Assembly (NCBI GenBank): GCA_965198845.1 | Contig: CBDAQD010000001.1 | Location: forward strand, 742,742-806,741 | DNA length: 64,000 bases | Direction: 5' to 3' | Source of the DNA: Hyphomicrobiales bacterium | Lineage (GTDB): Bacteria > Pseudomonadota > Alphaproteobacteria > Rhizobiales > JAJFHC01 | In this document: positions 59,491 through 64,000 of the stretch, piece after piece | How the letters are laid out: the number at the start of each line of letters is the position of its first letter | How positions within the stretch are numbered: the first letter of the stretch is position 1 | Translations under genes and position numbers: made by a program | Notes under the pieces: model-generated | What the model saw: the letters and a program-made list of their open reading frames with translations, nothing else | Told to the model about the DNA's origin: nothing | The model's database searches: none

Positions 59491-60216
59491 ATGGCGCGAG
59501 TAGCAATTGTAACAGGGGGAACGCGCGGCATCGGTGCGGCGATCTCAACATCACTCAAGGCTGCAGGGTATACCGTGGCGGCGAATTTCGGCGGCAACGA
59601 AGAAGCTGCAGCAAAGTTCACCACCGATACGGGCATTGCGACGTTCAAGTGGGATGTCGGTGATTTCGACGCCTGCGGCGAAGGCATCGCACGGGTCGAA
59701 AGCGAGCTTGGTCCGGTCGATGTGCTGGTCAACAATGCCGGCATCACGCGCGACGGCATGCTTCACAAGATGTCGAAGGAAATGTGGGACGATGTGATCC
59801 GCGTCGACCTCAATTCACTGTTCTACATGTCTCGTCATGTCATCGACGGCATGCGCGAGCGCGGATACGGCCGCATCATCAACATCTCCTCGATCAATGG
59901 CCAGAAGGGTCAGATGGGCCAGTCGAACTATTCGTCCGCCAAGGCAGGCGTAATCGGATTCACCAAGGCTCTTGCCCAGGAAACGGCCCGCAAAGGCATC
60001 ACCGTCAACTGCGTGGCACCAGGCTACATCGACACCGACATGGTGGCGGCTGTGCCTGAGAACGTGCTGCAGAGCATCATTGGCGGCATTCCGGTCAATC
60101 GCCTCGGCAAGGCCGAGGAAATCGCTCATTGCGTCACGTTCCTGTGTGACGACAAGGCCGGATTCATTACCGGTGCGACGATCGCTGCCAACGGCGGCCA
60201 GTTCATGCCCGGCTGA
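59491..60216 (+). CDS. phaB: Acetoacetyl-CoA reductase (SDR)
   Basis: 241 aa. TGGTRGIG, NNAGIT and YSSAKAG SDR motifs. Lies next to phaA. Confidence 0.93.
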   Translation: MARVAIVTGGTRGIGAAISTSLKAAGYTVAANFGGNEEAAAKFTTDTGIATFKWDVGDFDACGEGIARVESELGPVDVLVNNAGITRDGMLHKMSKEMWDDVIRVDLNSLFYMSRHVIDGMRERGYGRIINISSINGQKGQMGQSNYSSAKAGVIGFTKALAQETARKGITVNCVAPGYIDTDMVAAVPENVLQSIIGGIPVNRLGKAEEIAHCVTFLCDDKAGFITGATIAANGGQFMPG

Positions 60217-60231
60217 TCAGGCCGCGACAGA

Positions 60232-60684
60232 TCAGGCGCCGCGCGGCGTGGGACGCCAGTCGGGCGGCGCCATTTCAAATCCCGAAAATTCAAAGCCGGG
60301 TGCCACCGTGCATCCGACCAGAGTCCAGCGGCCAAGACTCTCCGCAGTCTGCCATGCATTCGCCGGTACGACGGCCTGCGGGCGCTGACCGGCGGCAAGA
60401 TCCGGGCCGAGATGCAGCGCCTCTGCGTCGTGACCGTTGCCGCTGATCGTCAACACCAGCGGTCCGCCCGCATACCAGTGCCATATCTCGCTGGCATCGA
60501 CGCGATGCCACGCAGAACACTCACCGGCCTCTAGCAAATAATAGATCGCTGTGCCTGCGGACCGGCCGCCGGAGACATTGGCATCGCGGAAGGTTTCCCG
60601 GAAATGCCCGCCCTCGGGATGAGGGGCGAGGCCAAGCGTGTCGATGACCTCGCGGGCCGACATGGAATTCGCGTTTTCGCCCAT
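60232..60684 (-). CDS. Cupin domain protein (DUF985-like)
   Basis: 150 aa. LGLAPHPEGGHFRETFRD N-terminal motif. Confidence 0.75.
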   Translation of the reverse strand: MGENANSMSAREVIDTLGLAPHPEGGHFRETFRDANVSGGRSAGTAIYYLLEAGECSAWHRVDASEIWHWYAGGPLVLTISGNGHDAEALHLGPDLAAGQRPQAVVPANAWQTAESLGRWTLVGCTVAPGFEFSGFEMAPPDWRPTPRGA

Positions 60685-60698
60685 CGTCGCGCGGCCGA

Positions 60699-61463
60699 TC
60701 AGAAATTGTCCTTGCGGCGGCGGATCTCGGCGAATACGTCCGCTTCGTCCGCACCGGTCATGCCAAGCGTCGCCTGAACATCCGGGTCGCCGGCGCGCAG
60801 GAACGGATTGGTGGCCAGTTCAAGCGCGATGGTCGTCGGGACCGTGGCTTCTCCCCGTGCCCGGGCCGCGTCAATCTCGGCGGCGCGTGCCTTGAGCTGG
60901 TCGTTGCCTGGATCCACCGTCACCGCAAAGCGGGCGTTAGACTGGGTGTATTCGTGGCCGCAGTAAACCACTGTTTCAGGCGGCAGGACCATCAGCTTCT
61001 TGAGCGACTGCCACATCTGTGGCGGCGTCCCCTCGAAGACGCGTCCGCAGCCGAGCGCAAACAGCGTATCGCCGGCAAAAGCCACGTTGGCGGCCGCCGA
61101 ATAATAGGTGATGTGGTCGACCGTATGTCCCGGCGTATCGATGATCGAAAACTCGGTGGTGCCGAACGTGTAGGTGTCGCCATCGCCGACGCCGACATCG
61201 AGGCCCGGAATATCGCTGACCTTGGGGCCGACGATGGTGCAATCCGTTTCCGCCTTCAGGGCCAGGTTGCCGCCGGTGTGGTCGTGGTGGTGATGGGTGT
61301 TGAGAATGTGGGTCAGAGACCAGCCTTTCTCGGCCAGTGCGGCGGAGACAGCGGTCGCCTCGGGTGCGTCGATCGATGCGGTCACGTTTGCCTCGGGGTC
61401 GTGGACCAGGACGCCGTAGTTATCGCTCAGACAGGGAAACTGGTGATATTCCAAGGCACTCAT
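60699..61463 (-). CDS. gloB: Hydroxyacylglutathione hydrolase (glyoxalase II)
   Basis: 254 aa. Metallo-beta-lactamase motif THHHHDHTGGN and C-terminal glyoxalase II helix region. Confidence 0.92.
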   Translation of the reverse strand: MSALEYHQFPCLSDNYGVLVHDPEANVTASIDAPEATAVSAALAEKGWSLTHILNTHHHHDHTGGNLALKAETDCTIVGPKVSDIPGLDVGVGDGDTYTFGTTEFSIIDTPGHTVDHITYYSAAANVAFAGDTLFALGCGRVFEGTPPQMWQSLKKLMVLPPETVVYCGHEYTQSNARFAVTVDPGNDQLKARAAEIDAARARGEATVPTTIALELATNPFLRAGDPDVQATLGMTGADEADVFAEIRRRKDNF

Positions 61464-61597
61464 TGTTGTATCGGCTCCTGCTTTCGCCGCTCAGACGGGT
61501 TGCTTGATTTTTTGCACCATAGCACCCACTCTCTCGATCTGGACAGGCAACAATCACCGCAAAAGCCGGCGGTGCCGCCGAAGCGACGGAACGGTCA

Positions 61598-62362
61598 ATG
61601 GATGTCATCGATCTCAGAGGATTTTATGCCAGCCCGCTCGGGATCGTCGCTCGTCGTCTGATTGCGCACAGGATCAGGTCCCACTGGCATTCTCTCGCCG
61701 GCCGGAGCATCGCCGGTATCGGTTACGTCACACCGTTTCTCGATGGCTGGCGGGACGAGGCCGCGATGGTCGCAGGGCTGATGCCCGCGCGTCAGGGTGT
61801 CGTTCACTGGCCGGCGGACGGGCCGTGCGTGACAACCCTGGTCGACGAGGCCGAACTGCCTTTGCCGGATGCGTCCATCGACCGGGTCCTCGTGGTGCAT
61901 GGCCTCGAGACGTCCGAGAGCCTGCCGGAGCTTTTGCGCGAAGTCTGGCGGGTGCTGACATCGGATGGATCCGTTCTCCTGGTTGTCCCAAACAGACGCG
62001 GCATGTGGGCGCGTTTCGACCGCACGCCGTTCGGTCACGGGCGCCCGTTCAGCAGGGGTCAGCTCACGCAGTATCTGCGTAATGCCATGCTGAGCCCGAG
62101 CGGCTGGTCGCAGGCGCTGTTTGTGCCGCCATTCGACCGGGGTTTCCTCAGGCGGTCGGCAACGGCATGGGAGCGGCTTGGCCTGTGGCTGTGGCCGGCT
62201 TTCTCAGGGGTGATCATCGTCGAGGCGACAAAACAGGTTTATGCCGTGTCCCCCGGACACCGCGTGCGGCGCTGGACCGGCGCGTTGCGACCGGCCCTGC
62301 GGCCGGCCGGCGCCACACCGCGACAACCCGCATTGCCACGGAATCTCCGGGATATTCCATGA
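61598..62362 (+). CDS. SAM-dependent methyltransferase-like protein (type 11 domain)
   Basis: 254 aa, divergent from gloB. Methyltransferase-fold blocks (IDRVLVVHGLE, LREVWRVLTSDGSVLLVVPN). Confidence 0.7.
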   Translation: MDVIDLRGFYASPLGIVARRLIAHRIRSHWHSLAGRSIAGIGYVTPFLDGWRDEAAMVAGLMPARQGVVHWPADGPCVTTLVDEAELPLPDASIDRVLVVHGLETSESLPELLREVWRVLTSDGSVLLVVPNRRGMWARFDRTPFGHGRPFSRGQLTQYLRNAMLSPSGWSQALFVPPFDRGFLRRSATAWERLGLWLWPAFSGVIIVEATKQVYAVSPGHRVRRWTGALRPALRPAGATPRQPALPRNLRDIP

Positions 62363-62405
62363 TGGAATCTGGACGCCCAGCATTGCAGCCGAGACCGCTG
62401 ACCTG

Positions 62406-63314
62406 ATGCTTGTCGAAAGCGTGGGTGTGATCGCGCTGACAGGGGCCGCCTTGGCCGGCTATTCGACTTTAATCGAACCGTTTCGCCTCCGGCTGAAGCA
62501 CTATCAGATTACGCCAGGGAACTGGCCTCGCGGCTTCCGCTTGCGGCTTGCCGTTATCGCCGACATCCATGCATGCGAACCCTGGATGAATGCGGAGCGA
62601 ATTAGCCAGATTGTGAAAAAGACCAACGCTCTGCAGCCTGATCTTGTTGCTCTGCTCGGCGACTACGTCGTCGCACACCGTTGGATTACCGGCCATGTGC
62701 CGCCTCAGGAATGGGCGGCGGTGCTGGCAGGCCTGACCGCCCCTTGCGGTGTTCATGCCGTGCTCGGCAATCATGATTGGTGGGACGACCATACGGCTCA
62801 GGAACGTGGCGGCGGACCGCTTATCAACCGTGAGGCCCTGGAAGCCGTCGGCATTCCAGTCTACGAAAACGATGCCCGACAATTGGCGAAAGACGGCCAG
62901 CAGTTCTGGATTGCCGGGCTTGGTGACCAGGTTGCGTTGTACAGGGGCCGGCAGGGCGGCCGGCGCAGGTTCGAAGGGTTGGACGATCTACCTGGCACGA
63001 TTGCAAAGGCGGACGATGATTCTCCGATGATCCTGCTCGCTCACGAACCGGACATATTCCCTGACGTGCCAAGCCGGGTTTCCCTGACGCTGGCCGGCCA
63101 TACGCATGGCGGGCAGGTCCGGCTCCCGGGATACGCGCCAGTCGTGCCGTCACGGTTCGGCAACCGTTACGCCTATGGGCATATTGTGGAGTCACGAGGG
63201 AATGAGCCGGATTCCCGAAGGCATATGGTCGTCTCAGGCGGTCTCGGGTGTTCGATCCTGCCGATACGGTTCGGCATCCCTCCTGAAATCGTCATCATCG
63301 ACCTTGTGGGATGA
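62406..63314 (+). CDS. Metallophosphoesterase (calcineurin-like) with an N-terminal TM segment
   Basis: Motifs AVIADIHA, LGDYV, GNHDWW and AGHTHGGQ. Start at ATG 62406. Confidence 0.85.
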   Translation: MLVESVGVIALTGAALAGYSTLIEPFRLRLKHYQITPGNWPRGFRLRLAVIADIHACEPWMNAERISQIVKKTNALQPDLVALLGDYVVAHRWITGHVPPQEWAAVLAGLTAPCGVHAVLGNHDWWDDHTAQERGGGPLINREALEAVGIPVYENDARQLAKDGQQFWIAGLGDQVALYRGRQGGRRRFEGLDDLPGTIAKADDDSPMILLAHEPDIFPDVPSRVSLTLAGHTHGGQVRLPGYAPVVPSRFGNRYAYGHIVESRGNEPDSRRHMVVSGGLGCSILPIRFGIPPEIVIIDLVG

Positions 63315-63419
63315 GGTGGATAGGAGATTGTTCGATTTCGGCGTTCCTCAATGTTTTCTTTGATTTTGGGATGGCGCGACCTTAAGAATACGCCGCGATT
63401 TCCTGTGAAAAGCGGCGAC

Positions 63420-64000
63420 ATGGAGCGGAGGGGTCCGGGTTTGGCGGCCGATCAGAACAACACGCTGGAAGACATCCGGCGGCGCATCGACGAGATTGAT
63501 GACGCCATTCTGGCGCTCATCGGCGAGCGCATGCAGGCCGTCCACGACGTTCGCGCGGCGAAGGCCGGCCTCGATAACGGCCAGTCGACGGCGATGCGCC
63601 CCGGGCGTGAAGCGGCGATCCTGCGCAGGCTTGTTGCTGCACGAGGCGATGCAGTGCCGGCCGGTCTGGTCGTCAGGCTCTGGCGCGAGGTGATTGCGAG
63701 CGCCACGCGGCTTCAGGGCCCGCTGCCTCTGCACGTCGCGGATGTGAACGGCGGCAGCGATGTTTCGGACCTCGCCCGCGAGCATTTCGGAACCGGTGGC
63801 GAAATGACGAGGCACGGGACCGCGAGCGATGTCATCGATGCCGTGAGTGCGCGGGTCACGGATGTCGGCGTGATCGCTACGGGCAGTGAGGAGGTCGCCG
63901 GATGGGTCGATCACCTTCTCTCACGACCGGATCCTGCCCCGAGGATCATTGTCGCGCTGCCATTTGTCAGTACCGGTGGTGCGCCCAAGGCAGCGGTTCT
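63420..64000 (+). CDS. Chorismate mutase domain protein (3' end lies outside the window; not in the ORF track)
   Basis: My translation from ATG 63420: MERRGPGLAADQNNTLEDIRRRIDEIDDAILALIGERMQAVHDVRAAKAG...MRPGREAAILRRL, a CM type II pattern. The frame stays open to nt 64000. Confidence 0.75.
   Translation, partial: MERRGPGLAADQNNTLEDIRRRIDEIDDAILALIGERMQAVHDVRAAKAGLDNGQSTAMRPGREAAILRRLVAARGDAVPAGLVVRLWREVIASATRLQGPLPLHVADVNGGSDVSDLAREHFGTGGEMTRHGTASDVIDAVSARVTDVGVIATGSEEVAGWVDHLLSRPDPAPRIIVALPFVSTGGAPKAAV

Noticed and set aside
63348-63914. 188-aa minus-strand ORF
   Set aside because: It is antisense to the chorismate-mutase-domain gene, which has a clear CM type II motif and stays open to the window end.

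Overview
This is a high-GC, densely coded chromosomal segment. Gene content and synteny look alphaproteobacterial (marine Rhodobacterales/Rhizobiales-like), but that is inference only. I support about 70 protein genes and found no rRNA, tRNA, CRISPR array, transposase or integrase.

Recognisable blocks:
- 2.3-15 kb: a low-oxygen (FnrL-type) island with hemN, fnrL, a frameshifted tandem-USP gene, a hemerythrin-like gene, ccoNOQP and ccoGHIS. ccoS is too short for the ORF track. Five TTGA-N6-TCAA anaeroboxes occur here or at nap, and one perfect box has no obvious target gene.
- 25.3-31.6 kb: an enteric-style napFDAGHBC periplasmic nitrate reductase operon.
- Housekeeping genes: ispG, a polyprenyl synthase, mtgA, rpmF, fhs, ggt, phaR-phaAB and gloB.
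- An amino-acid ABC transporter and a dimethylglycine-dehydrogenase-like gene.

Less ordinary parts:
- 31.7-38.3 kb: a tight co-directional run of RidA, a DadA-like flavoenzyme, a two-Cys racemase/isomerase, an unassigned 3-TM protein, a small Cys protein and a PGM1-like ATP-grasp ligase. A second ATP-grasp gene is divergent from this run.
- 24.1-25.2 kb: an ArsI/CadI-like gene directly followed by an ECF sigma factor with a C-terminal Cys-rich tail and no anti-sigma gene.
- 21.6-23.5 kb: an AT-richer islet of three ORFan-like genes.

All homology calls rest on motifs read by eye and on memory of protein families. No search was run. Start codons were chosen using SD sequences and are approximate.
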